This document shows, piece after piece, positions 35,011-50,561 of a stretch of DNA of 64,000 bases. Source of the DNA: the human T2T-CHM13v2.0 reference genome, Homo sapiens. The stretch lies in NCBI RefSeq assembly GCF_009914755.1, contig NC_060929.1. One strand, 5' to 3'. A program made the position numbers and the translations under genes. Positions within the stretch are counted from its first letter, which is position 1. Every line of letters begins with the position of its first letter. Under the pieces are notes generated by a model that made no database searches, was not told where the DNA came from, and saw nothing but the letters and a program-made list of their open reading frames with translations.

Positions 35011-35406
35011 GACTCTGTCACTCAGGCTGGAGAGCAATTTTTATAATTGCTCATGCATTGACTTTTACTAAGATTTTTATTTCTTCATACAACTTAGAGA
35101 TATTGTCCAGTATGCTTACATTTCACTTCAGAGGACTCCCTTAAGCATTTCTTGCAGTGCAGGTCTAGTAATCTCAGCTCATTGCAACCTCTGCCTCCCA
35201 GGCTCAAGCAATACTCACAGCTCAGCTCTCAAGCAGCTGGGACTACAGGTGCACACCACCACGTCCAGCTAATTTTTGTATTTTTTGTAGACATGGGGTC
35301 TCATTATGTTGCCCAGTCTGGTCTTAAAGTCCTGGGTTCAAGCAATCCACCTGCCACTGCCTCCCAAAGTGCTGGGATTACAGGCAAGAGCCACTGTGCC
35401 CAGCCT
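35011..35406 (-). mobile_element. Alu (AluJ-like) carrying a 134-bp foreign insert at 35036-35169
   Basis: ctctgtcactcaggctggagagc | insert | aatctcagctcattgcaacctctgcctcccagg. Confidence 0.88.
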
Positions 35407-35534
35407 TTCTGATTTAGTCTTGGTCAGTGTTGTGTTTCTAGGAATTTGTCCATTTCATCTAGGTTACCCGATTTTAGGGCATAAAATTTTTCATAATGTC
35501 TTACACTTCTTTTTATTTTCTATAGTCAGTAGTA

Positions 35535-35944
35535 CAGTAATCCCCTCTTTTCCCTGGTTTCATGTGCATAGATTCAGTTACTTGTGGAAATTCTGATCCA
35601 AAAATAGGTGAGTATAGCACAGTAACACATTTTGAAAGGAGAGAGGGAGGGGGAAATAGGGGGAGAGAACGGAAAAGAGAGAAAGAGCCAGAGTGAGCAC
35701 GCACATGTGCTCACATTCATGTAACTTTTACTATAGTATACGTTATAATTATTCTATTTTATTATTTGTCATTGGTGGTAATCTCTTACTGTGCCAAATT
35801 TCTAAAATAAACTTTATCGTAAGTATGTATGCATAGGAAAAAAATTTATATATATACATATAGAGCTCAGTACCATCTGTGGTGTTTCAGGCATCCACTT
35901 GGGGTCTTGGAACATATACCCTTGTGAATAAGGTAGGACTGCTA
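35535..35944. mobile_element. Tigger2a (MER28)-like DNA transposon
   Basis: ta|cagtaatcccctc ... tttcaggcatccacttggggtcttggaacatatacccttgtgaataagg. Confidence 0.8.
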
Positions 35945-36842
35945 TAACATCCCTACGTTAATTCCTGATGTTGGTAATTTGAATGTTCTTTTTTCCTTAG
36001 TCCATCTAGCTAAAGGTTTGTCAAATTTCTTGATCTTTTTAAATAATCAAGTTTTAGTTCCAATGATTTTCTCTATTGTTTTTCTATTCTCGTTTTGTTG
36101 ATTTCAGCTCACATCTTTATTATTTCCTTCCTTTTGCTAGCTTTGGATTTACATTATTTTCCTTTTTAATTTGTAAAGCTATGTTGTTGATTTGAGGTCT
36201 TGTTTACTAATATAAGTGTTTATGGCTATATTTCTCCCTTAGCACTGCTTTCACTGTATCCTCAAAGTTTTGGTATGTTTTTATTCAACTCTAAGCATTT
36301 TCTAATTTCCCTTGTAATTTTTTCTTTGATCCACTAGTTGTTTAACTTCCATGATTCTGTAAATTTTCCAGTTTTACTTGTTACTAATTTCTCAAGTCAC
36401 CCAGCTGTGGTCAGAGAGGACACTTTATATGGTATTTATTTCAAAATGGAATAAGATTTAATCTGTGTCCTAATACATGATCTAACCTAGAAAATGTCCC
36501 ATGTGTACTTGAGAAAAATGTATATATTATAGTTTGGTACAGTGTTCTGTATATGTCTTTTAGACCTAGTTGGTATATTGTGTTAAGTTCTCTGTTTCTT
36601 TACTTAATTCTGTCTGGTCTATTACTGAAAAAGGGCATTGAATTATTATTGTAGAACTGTCTATTTCTCCTTTCAATTCTGTTTTTGTTTCATATTATTT
36701 TGATGGTCTGTCATTAGATATGTTTATAATTGTTATAGTCTTCTTGCTGCAGTGAACCTTTTATTAATACACAATGTCCTTATTTGTCTCTTAAAACCTT
36801 CTCTAACTTAAAGTCTATTTTCTCTGATATTACTATAGCTAA

Positions 36843-37237
<395 letters not shown>

Positions 37238-37424
37238 CTGATCATGTATTTTTAATTCATTCTGTCAGTCTTTCAATTGAAGAGTTGGATCCATTTACAT
37301 TTAAAGTAATTACTGATAAGGAAGAACTTACTTATTTTTGCTATTTTCTATGTGCCTTATTAGTATTTTTGTCCCTCATTTCCTGCATCACTGTCTAGTT
37401 TATCACTGTTTAGTTGATTTTGCT

Positions 37425-37729
<305 letters not shown>

Positions 37730-38384
37730 TAGTTGATTTTTCATAGTGAAATATTTGAATTTTTTTCGTATTTCCTTTTGTGTATTTCTATACCTATTTT
37801 TTTTGTGGTTATCATCGGGATGATATTTAACATCCTGAAATTATAACACTGTAATGTGAACTTAAACTAGCTTAACTTCAGTAACATACAAAAACTCTAC
37901 TCCTTTGAAGCTCTGTCTTCACCCCTTTCAGTTGTTGATGTCACAAAATTACATCTTTATATTCTGTGTGACTAAAAAAATAAGCAAATATTCTTTTAAA
38001 TCCATTAGTCTACTGAAAACAAAATCTGCAATTACAAACCAGTTACAATACTATTAGCTTTTAGACTAATTGTGTTCTTAAACATGTATCATTTTCTTAA
38101 ATCATGTAGAAAACAAAAAGCAGAATTACAAACTGTTATTACAATAATTCTAATTTTTATACTTGCTCATGCACTTTTACTAAGATTTTTATTTCTTCAT
38201 ACAGCTCAGAGGTATTGTCCAGTATGCTTACATTTCACTTCAGAGGACTCCCTTAAGCATTTCTTGCAGTGCAGGTCTAGTGGCAAATAGCAAAGCTAAT
38301 TCCCTTAGCTTTTGTTTATTTGGGCGTGTTTAAATTTCTCCCTCACTTTATTCCCTCATTTTACTGCTGAAAAACTAATTTTTT

Positions 38385-38678
38385 CTTTCTTTAAGAGACA
38401 AGGACTTGCTATTTTGCCAGGCTAAACTTAAACTCCTGGGCTCAAGTGACTCTCCTGCCTCAGCCTTCCAAGTAGCTAGGACTACAGGCACACACCACCA
38501 CACCTGCTATCTCCTTCTCCTTTGAAGGACACTTTTGTCAGACATAGGATTGGGTTTTTACTGAGATGAGGTCTTGCGATGTTGCTAAAGCTGGTCTCAA
38601 ACTCCTGGTGTTAAATGATCCACCTGCCTCTACCTCCTGAGTAGCTGAGATTACAGGTGCAATGCCACCATGCCTGGC
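38385..38678 (-). mobile_element. Two separate Alu monomers (FLAM-like), ~38385-38508 and ~38555-38678
   Basis: Each ~125-bp left-monomer sequence. Confidence 0.8.
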
Positions 38679-40149
38679 TCCACAAATATAGGCATCTTGG
38701 TTGACAGTTCTTTCCTTTTAGCACTTTGAATACATTGGCCCATACCTTCTGGCTTCTAAAGTTTCTGACAAGAAATCTGTTAATTATATTGAGGATTCCT
38801 TTTATATGATGAGCTGCTTCTGATTGCTTTCAGGATACTCTGTATGTCTTTTGAAAGTTGATTTTATCTGTGAATCTCATTGATTTTATCTTATTTGGAG
38901 TTCATTAAACTTCTCACATGTTTATATTCATGTCTTTCATCAAATTTGGGAAGTTTTCGGCCATTATCTCTTTGAATATTCTTTCTGCTCCTTTCTCTTT
39001 TCTCCTGGCACTCTCAAAATGTATAGGGAGGTCTGTCAGATGTGTCCCATAGTTCTCTTAGGCTCTGTTCACTTCAATCTTTTCTTTTTGTTCTTCAAAC
39101 TAAATCATATCCGTTGTCCTATATTTAAGTTCACTGATTGTTCTGTTTGTGCAAATCTGCCTTTGAATACCTCTAGTGAATTTTTCATTTCAGTTACTAG
39201 AGTTTCTAGCTCCATAATTTCTTTTTGATTTCTTTTCAGGTTTTCTATTTCTTCATTGATATTTCTATTTTGTTCATTTATCTTTTTCTTAACTTTCCCC
39301 ACATCTTCCTTTAGTTATTTGAGTATCATTAAGGTAGCTGCTTTAAAGTCTTTTGTCTAGTAGATCAGCCATCAAGTCTTTTTCAGGGACAGTTCCTGTT
39401 GATCTACATTTTTCCCTTGAAAAAGCCACATTTTCCTGTTTTCTTCTATGCCTTGTGTTTTTTTGTTGAAAACTGGAACTTTGAATTTACTAGTGTGGTA
39501 ACTCTGGAAATCAGGTTCTTTTTTTTCCTCAGGGTTTGTTATTTGTTATTGTTATTTTTTACTGTCGTAGGCTATTTCTGTGCCAAGGATCCAGCCTGAG
39601 GTGGAAAGGTAAGGTCTTCTTCGGATTTTTTCTAGCCCTGCACCTTTCCCTGAGCATGCACAATCATCACTTTCTAATTTTTTGTGTATATGCAGTTGTT
39701 TATGAATGTCCTAGTCTTTAATGTCTCGCTCCCAAAAGGAAAAGGAGAAAAGTTAAGGAGAAAGAGGGCATTGGCCCTTCAAGTCTCCTAGAAATCACTA
39801 CAGCCAGAGGGGGAGGGACCTGCAACAATAATGGTCACCCACCTCTTTTTCTGCACCTCTGTGATAAGAAGCCATAACTTGCAGTCAGAGCATAGATCCC
39901 TAGTATTTAGAGGACAGAATCTTTTGTGCTCACTCTGGCTCCCACAAGTGTATGGATTGCTCTAGGAACACATGCACAGCTGCCTGCCACGGGGCTGGGA
40001 TGGGTGGAGGTACAGGAAGCTACTACTGTGTTAAGAGCTGAAATTAACCGAAATTAACAGCAATTTACCACTCAAGCCTTCCCTGGAACTTGCAAGCCTT
40101 TAGCAGACTCCAGAGTTTCAAAACAGTTATATCAGACATATCTGGCTAG

Positions 40150-40825
<676 letters not shown>

Positions 40826-43029
40826 GTATTTTCTTACTTTATAATTAACAAATATTACTTTAAAAAACCATGGTTGAGGAGTCAATAACATTTATGTAAT
40901 ACAACAATTTGCAGGAATAGTTTTAAGACTTGTAAACATTGTTAGAGCTAACTGTATGAGTATTTTAGGTTGCTGTTCTTGAAAAAATAATGTTACTACT
41001 TACCAATCAATAATCAATATTCTCATAATCCATTCAATTTCATTTTTATGTAAAATGGGGCTTCTGTGAGAATTAAATAACACATTAAAGTGCTGAATTA
41101 TTCCTTCTATCCCTCTATATATCAGAGGAGTACTACTAAAAAGAACAAGGGGCTAAGAACTGAACAGCAATATAAGCATTCCTATCTTAATCATTATTTG
41201 CCTATGAAGTACATGGACTTCCTGTGTGACTGAAAAATGATAGAACTGTTTTCAGTTACGGTAATATTTTAACCTGCGGGATACTAATTTACTTTGCTAC
41301 CTATTTTTATTATTCCTACCCCAATGTTGTTTTTCATTCTCAGTATCAGACAAGCTGAGAATATGTACCAAGCAATAACGATAATATAAGTACAATACTT
41401 TTAAGTGATTAAAAAGATTTGATGAAAAAGTGCAGTTCTGTGTTGACTTTAGGAAACATTTTCTCCCAGCTAATGTCCTAATACTCAGCAAGCAAAATTG
41501 GAAAACAGTTTATATTGCTGTCAATATGTATAAGCCATGTCTCCCACCATTACTTTTCCATATTAAATATAGAAAAAAGCAGAATCCCATGTGTCCCAGT
41601 GACTGTCAGAAATCTTCCCTCTTCATTAAATAAAAATTTAAATACCACATTAGGGCATTGTACAGAAATAACTTTTGCAGTATGTAATCTCATTTTCTTT
41701 AATATCTTCTGTAAGAATTATATGGAACAGTTATTTAACTCTAGATTAACCTTTTTTTATAACTTGTTATCTAAATAGTTTACAAATTACAGACGAAAAA
41801 AGGATAGAGAAATAAGCTGAAAATCTAGTAACAGTAACCTAAATTGTTAGTGGCAAACACATAGTAAACATTATAAAAACTTGAAAATCTGGTAAACTCT
41901 ATGCAAAATCATAAAATGCATTTTCAGAACATTATACTTGTATAACTGCCAATCCTACCCCTTCCTTTAAACTTTCTTTAAAAACAAATAATTAACAAAT
42001 TCATAGTAATGTGCTGTGAAATGGCAATTAGACTTTTTTCTTTTACTTTGGGACATACTAAGAGATTAAGGCAGTTAGGGGTTGAAATCAAAAGACAGAA
42101 AAATGACAAACCAAGGAAACAGAAACTAAGAATAGGATAGGAGAGCAAAAGTTATGAATAAACAGGAATTACAAAAAAGAGAAAAGAAATAATAGGATGA
42201 AACAGATATATTAATTGTAGCTGAGGGCAGGTGATTGGAGTTTTGTTAACAATAAAAGCACTTGAGTTAAGTATACAATTCCAACTTGCCTTGCAGGTAG
42301 CGTATTCTAAATTTTCTTGGTTGCTGGGAATTTTCCCATTTCTCAAGGGAATATAGGTTGGCCTCTAGTCCCCATAATCTAAACAGCTTAATTAAAATGA
42401 ATGGACCTATGACATCAATACTTGTGAGAGCTTCAAATTTTCAATATGCATCTGAGCAGAGGGGACCTCTAGGCTCAGCTTTAGTAGATATTGAAAAATT
42501 TTTTTCCAAGTGTGTGCACAATTTATAACTTACATCAGCAATGTATGAGATTACTTGTTGCTCCACGTCCTCACCAACACTTGGTGGTGGTGTTTTTTTT
42601 TTTAAAGCCATTCTGATGGGTATATGGTGTTATCTCACTGAGGTTTACATTTGCATTTTTCTGATGATTAATAGCATGGAGTACCTTTATTTATGTTTAC
42701 TACCCATTTCAGCATCCTATTATGAAGCAGCAGTCAAATCTTCTGGCTTTTCCCCCCTTAAATGAACTTCCTAAACTTTTTGTATTGATTTTTAACAATC
42801 TCCCTGTCTTTTTGACATAATATCTTGTTAAGTTACATCTCTTCATTGGTTGCATTAGTTAATATGACTAGCTATCTAAATATCTTCTTTCTTCACTACT
42901 CAGTGTACAATCTTCCCAATCCTTTTACTATCTTGGTAAAAGCTAAGCACCTTCCCAGACAGAAGAACCCACCTGAAAAATCACTGACCTTTCTTCTCTC
43001 TTTAAGATTTACTTTTTGAAGTATTTGGG

Positions 43030-43888
43030 TGTAAACCAAAAATAAAATTCTAGGTGCCCCACCAACTAGCTGAATGTACCCTCCTCCTGGCCAAGAGGAC
43101 CCAACTAAACCTGAAAAACTAGTTCAGACCATGACTGGAAGGGAGGTGGGTCAGGCATGCCTCATTATACTCTCCTTCCTTGGGAGTTCAGGCACGGGGC
43201 TGACCAGCATTAACATTAAAACAGAGATTCTAAGACTAACAGAACAGACTCTATAGCTTCCAACCTGACTCTAGTATAACAGCACATGGCAGAGAGTAGG
43301 GCCCTGAAAGAAACCAAAGTATTTTCCACCAAAATGTATTTCTTTGACATATTTTGAAATGGCCCCGCAAAACTGTCTCATAGGGGAAACTTACTTCCTA
43401 TAGAGAATAGAGAACCTTTCCCGATCCAGGTCTTTTTCTGATCCCGAAGAGACTGAGTCTAGAGCCTTTTAAGGATCTGTATAGAAAACATTTGCCTTCT
43501 ACTGTTTCTGGTGAGGCAGCCACCCATGAGACTTCATCTATGTAAGAAATAACCTTGGTCTCCACAATCCCTTATCTTAACCCAGCCACTTCTTTCTATG
43601 ATTCTAAGCCTTTAGATAATAACTCAACAAACTGCCAATCAGAAAATATTTGAATCCACCAATGACCTTGTAAGCTTCCCACCCCTTCCAAGTTTTCTGG
43701 CTTTTCTGGACTGAACCAATGTATGCCTCACATGTATTGTTGATGTTTTATGTTTCCTAAAACATAACCCAAGCTGTAACCCAACAACCTTGGGCACATG
43801 CTCTCAGGACCTCCTAGGGCTGTGTCATGGGTCATGATCCATAACCTTGACAAAATAAACTTCTAATGTCTCAGATGCCAGTTTTCAA
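43030..43888 (+). mobile_element. MER4-family (MER4D/E-like) solo LTR, ERV1
   Basis: Starts tgtaaaccaaaaataaaattct; gaccagcattaacattaaaacagaga; ends caaaataaacttctaa...tgtctcagat. Confidence 0.8.
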
Positions 43889-46399
43889 ATACTGCAGGCA
43901 GGAAAAACTGACAAATATGAAGTTACTTTATAAACCCTCGACAACTGAATTGTTTTTATTCCAGAAGACTATAAAAACTAAAGGGGGTTGGTACCTTGTT
44001 TTCCTCTTTGATTTCACCAACCTCAAAAATGCTGGTAGTTTGATACTATCTACATTGTGGTGTTTTAAAAAAATTTACTAACCGTGTATGGATTACCGCA
44101 TGCAATTTGGCAGTTAACTCCCATTATTAGGAACCAAATTCTTGATTTTAATGACTGAAACATCCAGAGACAACATGAAGTTTCTCTGCTGCTTAATAAA
44201 GGTCAGTTGTGATTCTATGTACTGATTTTTCTACAGCTTGAGAAAATGGCAGAGCCCCGACTACTGTAAGAACTATTTATGCGTCCTTCCCTCAAAATTT
44301 AAAACTCCTGAATGTAAAGAGGAAGTAAAATTTGATCCTCTGTCATCATCATATGATGCAAATAGGTAAATGGAGACTTGGTTCTAACACACTCATGAAA
44401 TTACTTATATGAAGTAAACACTCAAAATAATGTTATATTTGCATTCTTAAACACTTCCCAGTTAAACCACATTCAAATGCAAAGCTAAGTTTTATATAAT
44501 TTATAAGGCAGATAAGTATAGAGAGGGTATCTGTTAAAATCCAATATTGATTTTAAATGGCACAAACCAACAGTATGACTTTATATGACCTTGATATTTA
44601 AAAACTACTAAGAGTTAATAATTCTGCCATCTAGTTATTTTAGAAGTTTCCTAAGATTATGTCAAATTTAAGACAAAAAAATGAAAGTGTCAACTAAGTA
44701 GAAATTGCTCCTAAAATTAGAAAAAACACAGCAAATCAAACTGACTCTGACAGAGCATGGGGGAAATATTTCATTATGGCAAAAGGAACAAAATTTTTAA
44801 AAGATCTCTAAATGGGTCTTGAGCTTCACTTAGATGGCTCAACAATGGGGTTCTCTCAGTAAAAAACTTTTTTCACACTTCATTTTATTTCAAGTAAAAT
44901 ATATGTTCCTTTCAAAAAGTGTTTTCCACATAATTTCCTCAAACAGAAATCTCTAACCTTCTCAGGTTGAGAATAAACCTTTCTTTCAAAGTTCATTGAT
45001 GCTTCACACATGAATTTGGCCTTCACAAAGGGTAAGAACAATTCCACAAATATTAAATGACAAGACAATTGCCTCTAGATTCCCACTACAGAAAATCAAC
45101 ATCTGTAAAAATTACCATTTGGATTCTTCCTCCCTAATTTTATATTTTCATATGAATCTTTGTGTCATGGATAATTTCCACAACGTGGGGAAAGTCTGTG
45201 TGGCCCATAGGCACCAACACTTTAGGACCTACTAAGGTTGCTCCTTTATGGAAATGAGAATGTTATACGATTACCATAAACTCTGTCAGAGGCTTTCAAG
45301 AAACTTAACTTTTTCAAAATGATTTTTAAATCTCTTAGCGTCAGGAAAGCCTTCGTGCTAGTTTTAGGGATTTGAAGGGTTGAAGTGGGGGAGTACATTT
45401 TTTTCATAGTAAGCAGAAACTTTGTTTAATCAAAATCACATGTATTCTAATTGTAGAAGATTCTGAAAATAATCCTATAATTTAAAAAAATAATAGCATC
45501 AAAAGTGGTTTATTATATATCTTTGACAAATTATACAGAAAATGCTCACAGAGCCCTTTGACAACAGGCACCTCTTTACTAGAAAAATGTTAGCTTAACT
45601 TTACACAATCTTAACTTTAATTCATACAGCTTTCAGTTTTTTCTTAAAGAACTTTTACAAACACTATCTCATTTGACCTCAAGACAGCATGAAAGATGGC
45701 TAAGATATTTAAAACAAAACCCTATCTTTAAAAATAATTTAGCATTGTCTCAAAATCATAAGGAGAAATGCAGAATATTAATGGACTCCACAGATTAAAG
45801 CCAGCACAATATTTCTAAATAAAATTACTGGTCTGGTATACATATGTCCTTTTCTATGTTATAAATTGAAATATAATTTTTGAATTTAAGAATGACCTCG
45901 GGAATAACTTTTTTCTGCAGGGGCTGCTGTATAATGTCACATTGAATTATGTGATTTCTAATACATTGAGAATATTTAAATCATACAGTCATTTCGTTAA
46001 AACTTTTCTTGTAGTGAGCAACCATTCTAGAATGGATGCCAAGGAGGGCAAAAACAGTAAAGCTAGACAGAAAGTATTCTGTCAGTAATCACTGTAATAC
46101 AAACCATGAGGATTTTAAGGGGGAAAAGCCTTCAAATATCACAAATTTCTCCCATAAAATCTGTTTTACAATACTGTAAATTATTTCAAATAAAAAATTT
46201 GCGTGCCCAATGCTTTGCTGATTCCTACAAAGAAGTTTAATAAGAATATGTCTGAGTCTTTAAGAAGTTATGGTCTAAATAATATAGATATGAGGAACAA
46301 ACAGAAAATACAAGAATACTGTGATTCAAGAAGCCCATGATTTATGTCAACAAAACATAATTCACAGAAATACATACTTACAGCACAGAATTGTTTCCT

Positions 46400-46640
46400 G
46401 GCCAAAAGCCCTGGTTCTTGGGTCAGAAAGACCTAGGTCTGAATGCTGACTTCTTCACTAACTAGTTGATTGACCTTGGACAAATTATTTCACCTCTCTA
46501 TGCCCCAATTTCCTAATCTGTAAAAACAGGATAATAATGCTAATCTCATGAAAGTGAGGAAAAAAATGAGATAATATATATAAATTGTTTATCATGTTAG
46601 GCATACATAAATCCTCAAAAATGTTAGCTATCTTCATCAC
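46400..46640 (+). mobile_element. MIR SINE
   Basis: gtcagaaagacctaggtctgaat...tgaccttggacaaattatttcacctctctatgccccaatttcctaatctgtaaaa core. Confidence 0.85.
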
Positions 46641-47155
46641 TATCACCATTATTATTGTTTAGAAGTCCTGTAAAATAAAACTCATTTTGTTTGCACGCGT
46701 GTATGTATGTGAGAGAGAGAGAGAGAGCACGAGTGGAGGGTGCGTGAATGTGCATGTGTGAAACAGATCAATACAAAGAATTTATAATCAGCATAAGGGT
46801 CTTCTGGGAAGGATGGAAAAGAAACCCCCGACCTCTTCCTCCAGATGTTGAAAATAACTAAAACCTTCCAGGTAAGCCCTAACAAAAGCCCATCCAATGG
46901 CATCAGAACAGAAAAATACAGGTCTACTAATGGCAAGTGGTGCACTGATGAAGTAACTGTGAAATGAACTGAATAAGCTGGAATTATGGGTGCCCAGGCT
47001 AACCGCAAAGTATAATACTATTGTTTTATCATGGATAGGTTATTTTGTTGCTTATTTTTGTTAAGGTGTGGGGGTGCTGAGGGTATGGTAACACATACCG
47101 TAAACTATCATTATTTTCCTCCTTTCAATAACTTACCAAGGCCACTTAGCTAGTA

Positions 47156-48424
47156 TTAGTTGGTGCTAATGCAGTTTTTGCATTGTTGAAATTTGCCGTT
47201 TGATATTGGATTACATTCTTAAATAAATGTGGTTATATTATACATTATTTTAATGTGCATTTCTTGCTTTGTTTTTTGCTAATGACTTATTACTTGCTGT
47301 TTATATCTATTTTAGACTACAAAAATGATGTCAGACAAAAAGCAAATAAAGCAAATTCAAAAGATTTTCTTATTTGAGTGCAAAATGGGTCATAAAGCAG
47401 CAGAGACAACCTGCAACATCAACAATGCATTTGGCCCAGGAACTGCTAACGAACATACAGTGCGGTGGTGTTTCAAGAAGTTTGCAAAGGAGATGAGAGC
47501 CTTCAAGATGAGAAGAGTAGTGGCTGGCCATCTGAAGTTGACAACGACCAACTAAGACCAATCATGGAAGCTGATCCTCTTACAACTACACAAGAAGTTG
47601 CCGAAGAACTCAATGTCGACCATTCTACAGTTGTTTGGGATTTGAAGCAAATTGGAAAGGTGAAAAAACTCAATTAAGTGGATGCCTCATGAGCTGAGTG
47701 AAAATTTTAAAAATCGCAAGTTTTGAAGTGTCATCTTCTCTTATTCTACACAACAATAAAGAACCATTTCTTGATCGGATTGTGACATGTGACGAAAAGT
47801 GGATTTTATACAGCAACTGGTGACGACCAGCTCAGTGGCTGGACCAAGAAGAAGTTCCAAAGCACTTCCCAAAGCCAAACTTGCACCAAAAAAAGGTCAT
47901 GGTCACTGTTTGGTGGTCTGCTGCCGGTCTGAACCACTACAGCTTTCTGAATCCCGGTGAAACCATTACATCTGAAAAGTATGTTCAGCAAATAGATGCG
48001 ATGCAATGCCTACAGCCAGCACTGGTCAACAGAAAGGGCCCAATTCTTCTTCACAATGTCTTGACTGCACATTGCACAACCAATGTTTCAAAAGTTGAAC
48101 AAACTGGGCTACAAAGTTTTGCCTCATCCGCCATATTCACCTGACCTCTTGCCAACTGACTACCACTTCTTCAAGCATCTTGACAACTTTTTGCAGGGAA
48201 AATGCTTCCACAACCAGCAGGATGCAGAAAATGCTTTCCAAGAGTTTGTAGAATCCCGAAGCACAGATTTTTATGCTACAGGAATAAACAAACTTATTTC
48301 TTATTGGTAAAAATGTGTTGATTGTAATGGTTCCTATTTTGATTAATAAAGATGTGTTTGAGCCTAGTTAAAATGATTTAAAAAATCATGGTCCAAAATC
48401 ACAGTTACTTTTGCACTAGTCTAA
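47156..48424 (+). mobile_element. Near full-length Hsmar1 mariner DNA transposon (defective)
   Basis: 1269 bp, TA duplications at 47154-55 and 48425-26, degenerate TIRs (ttagttggtgc... / ...ttacttttgcactagtctaa). Confidence 0.95.
47325..48345 (+). pseudogene. Hsmar1 transposase pseudogene (frameshifts and stops)
   Basis: Fragments MGHKAAETTCNINNAFGPGTANEHTV, WMPHEL (WVPHEL linker), VTCDEKW, HQKKVMVTVWW, HPPYSPDLLPTDYHFFKHLDNFLQGK. Confidence 0.95.
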
Positions 48425-49269
48425 TACATAGTAGTGCCAGGATTCAAATCCACATTTGCCAGACTCTGGAGTCTGAAATCCGCTACTGAAACAGTTACCA
48501 ATATAATATACTGTCCTGTTTGACAATCCACGGGCGAAAAGAAAAATGAGTTCATATTTATCTTGCATAGGTATAGTAGGAGAACTCAGATTATACACCA
48601 CAATTTGCAGGAGGTTAGCTCATGGGAATTGTTCATAAACAGTCCGTTTACTAATGGTAACAGACAGACAAGAGAATTAACACAAAATTGAATACTCAGA
48701 AATCACAAACTAAAAGACAGTACAGTCTCAGGCAAATTACTTAATTTTAATCTAAACCTGTTTCCTCTTCTGCAAAATACTACTTTATTTTTCAGGATAG
48801 TAGGGAGAAAATAAAACACATAAAGCACTTAATACAATGATTAGTACTTGGTGATCCTCAATAAGTGTTAGCTCCTATCATTATCATCATTATGCCTGTA
48901 CAGTTTTATATAGAGGATCAAGACGATAATGCATACTTAAATAGTAAAATTACTAAACTTAGCTTCCACAATCAATATTCCTTAATGATACTGAAGAATG
49001 AATCAAGAAACATCTCACTAGCCCTGGTCTATGGGAGGAAAAAAAACAATGACAACATTTGAAATTTCTCCTTCTTACATGTTAAATAACTCAACAATTT
49101 ACTTTTAGAATTCATATTCTAAATATGAATTCACTTAAATATTCACTGATAGGCTGCTCAGTTGGCATACATCACATATTTTACTTTAGTACATTAAATA
49201 ATATTAACAACAATTAACAATGATTTCTCCTAGTCTACAAATAAACTATCTTTAAAAATAAGAAAGGGT

Positions 49270-49570
49270 GGCTGGCTGCAGAGGCTGACACCTGTAATCC
49301 CAGCATTTTGGGAAGCTGGCATGGGCAGATCACTTGAGTTCAGGGGTTCAAGATCAGCCTGGGCAACATGGCGAAACCGTGTCTCTACCAAAAATACAAA
49401 AAATTAATTAGCCAGGCACGGTGGTGCATGCCTGTAGTCCCAGCTACTTGGGAGGCTAAGGTGAGAGGATCGTTTGAACCGAGGAGGCAGAGGCTGAAGT
49501 GAGCCGAGATCACACTCCATGCTGGGTGACAAAGTGACCTCATCTCAAAAAAAAAAAAAAAAAAAAAAAG
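49270..49570 (+). mobile_element. Alu (AluJ/S-like)
   Basis: Dimer with long A tail. Confidence 0.92.
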
Positions 49571-50561
49571 AAAGGGCAAACTTGTACAATGCATCACAAC
49601 CCTGCAGTTGAGTATTTTTTTCAGGAACTAAAAATCACTCAAAATTTGTTATCTCAGCTTAAGTCCCACTGCTCTGAGAGAGACCCAAAGATTAAATCTA
49701 TCCATTGTTCAAAGATGTAAAGAAATCAACACTAAAGGAGAAATATATACTTCGTGCATTAATCTTCACTAAAGGAAGAAAACACAAAACGGGAACCTTG
49801 CAAAGGAACTGTCATTGGACTTAACAGAGAAAAGTGAGCAAAATAAAATATGTTTAATTAAAACAGAAAAAAACTTGCCCTGTAATAAAAATCAACTGAT
49901 TAAGCCCTTAAAGGTCATCTCCATTAAAAATATAGAAATTAATTCTACTTAATAACATCTTTAATCACTAGTGAGACGGCTGGCCCTGATTAAATAACAT
50001 GAAACAGGCTGTTCTCCTTATATGCACATTTAGCTTCTCTCACCTAACGTAAAACTCTTCATCCAGAAACAAGATGGTATAATTTAGTGAATTTAGTTGA
50101 GACTCCAAGTCTCTTGCTTTTCCTATATGCCATAAATGGGGAAATACATCAGTCATTCTGGTAAGTAACTTTGCATATTATCTCATTTATGTCTTACTAC
50201 TACTTTGAGCAGAAGTACCAACATGGCAGCTGAGAATAAACACTAAGAAGAGGTTAATTAACACAGCCAAGCTCACATATGTCATACATGGCAGAGGCTG
50301 CATGCATGGCCTGGCTCCAGAGCATTGAGATTTTTTGAATAGTAGCTCATTTCTCTTTTAAATAATAGAAAAACAATAATTTTTTTCCATATTTAGACTT
50401 TTCTGAAGTAACATTACCAAGATAACTAAGACTTAGAAAATGTTTTAAAAACTTAACACTAAAGTTTAAATATATAGTCCTAAAGCTAAAACAAAGAAAA
50501 AAAAGAAAGGTAACATAGTCAATTTTATTTAGGCTGGGAGAAATCTTAAATCAATAAACCA

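Noticed and set aside
47325-48310. Possible active or domesticated transposase gene
   Set aside because: Split over several frames with stops, second catalytic Asp lost, TIRs damaged; no SET-domain exons, so not SETMAR.
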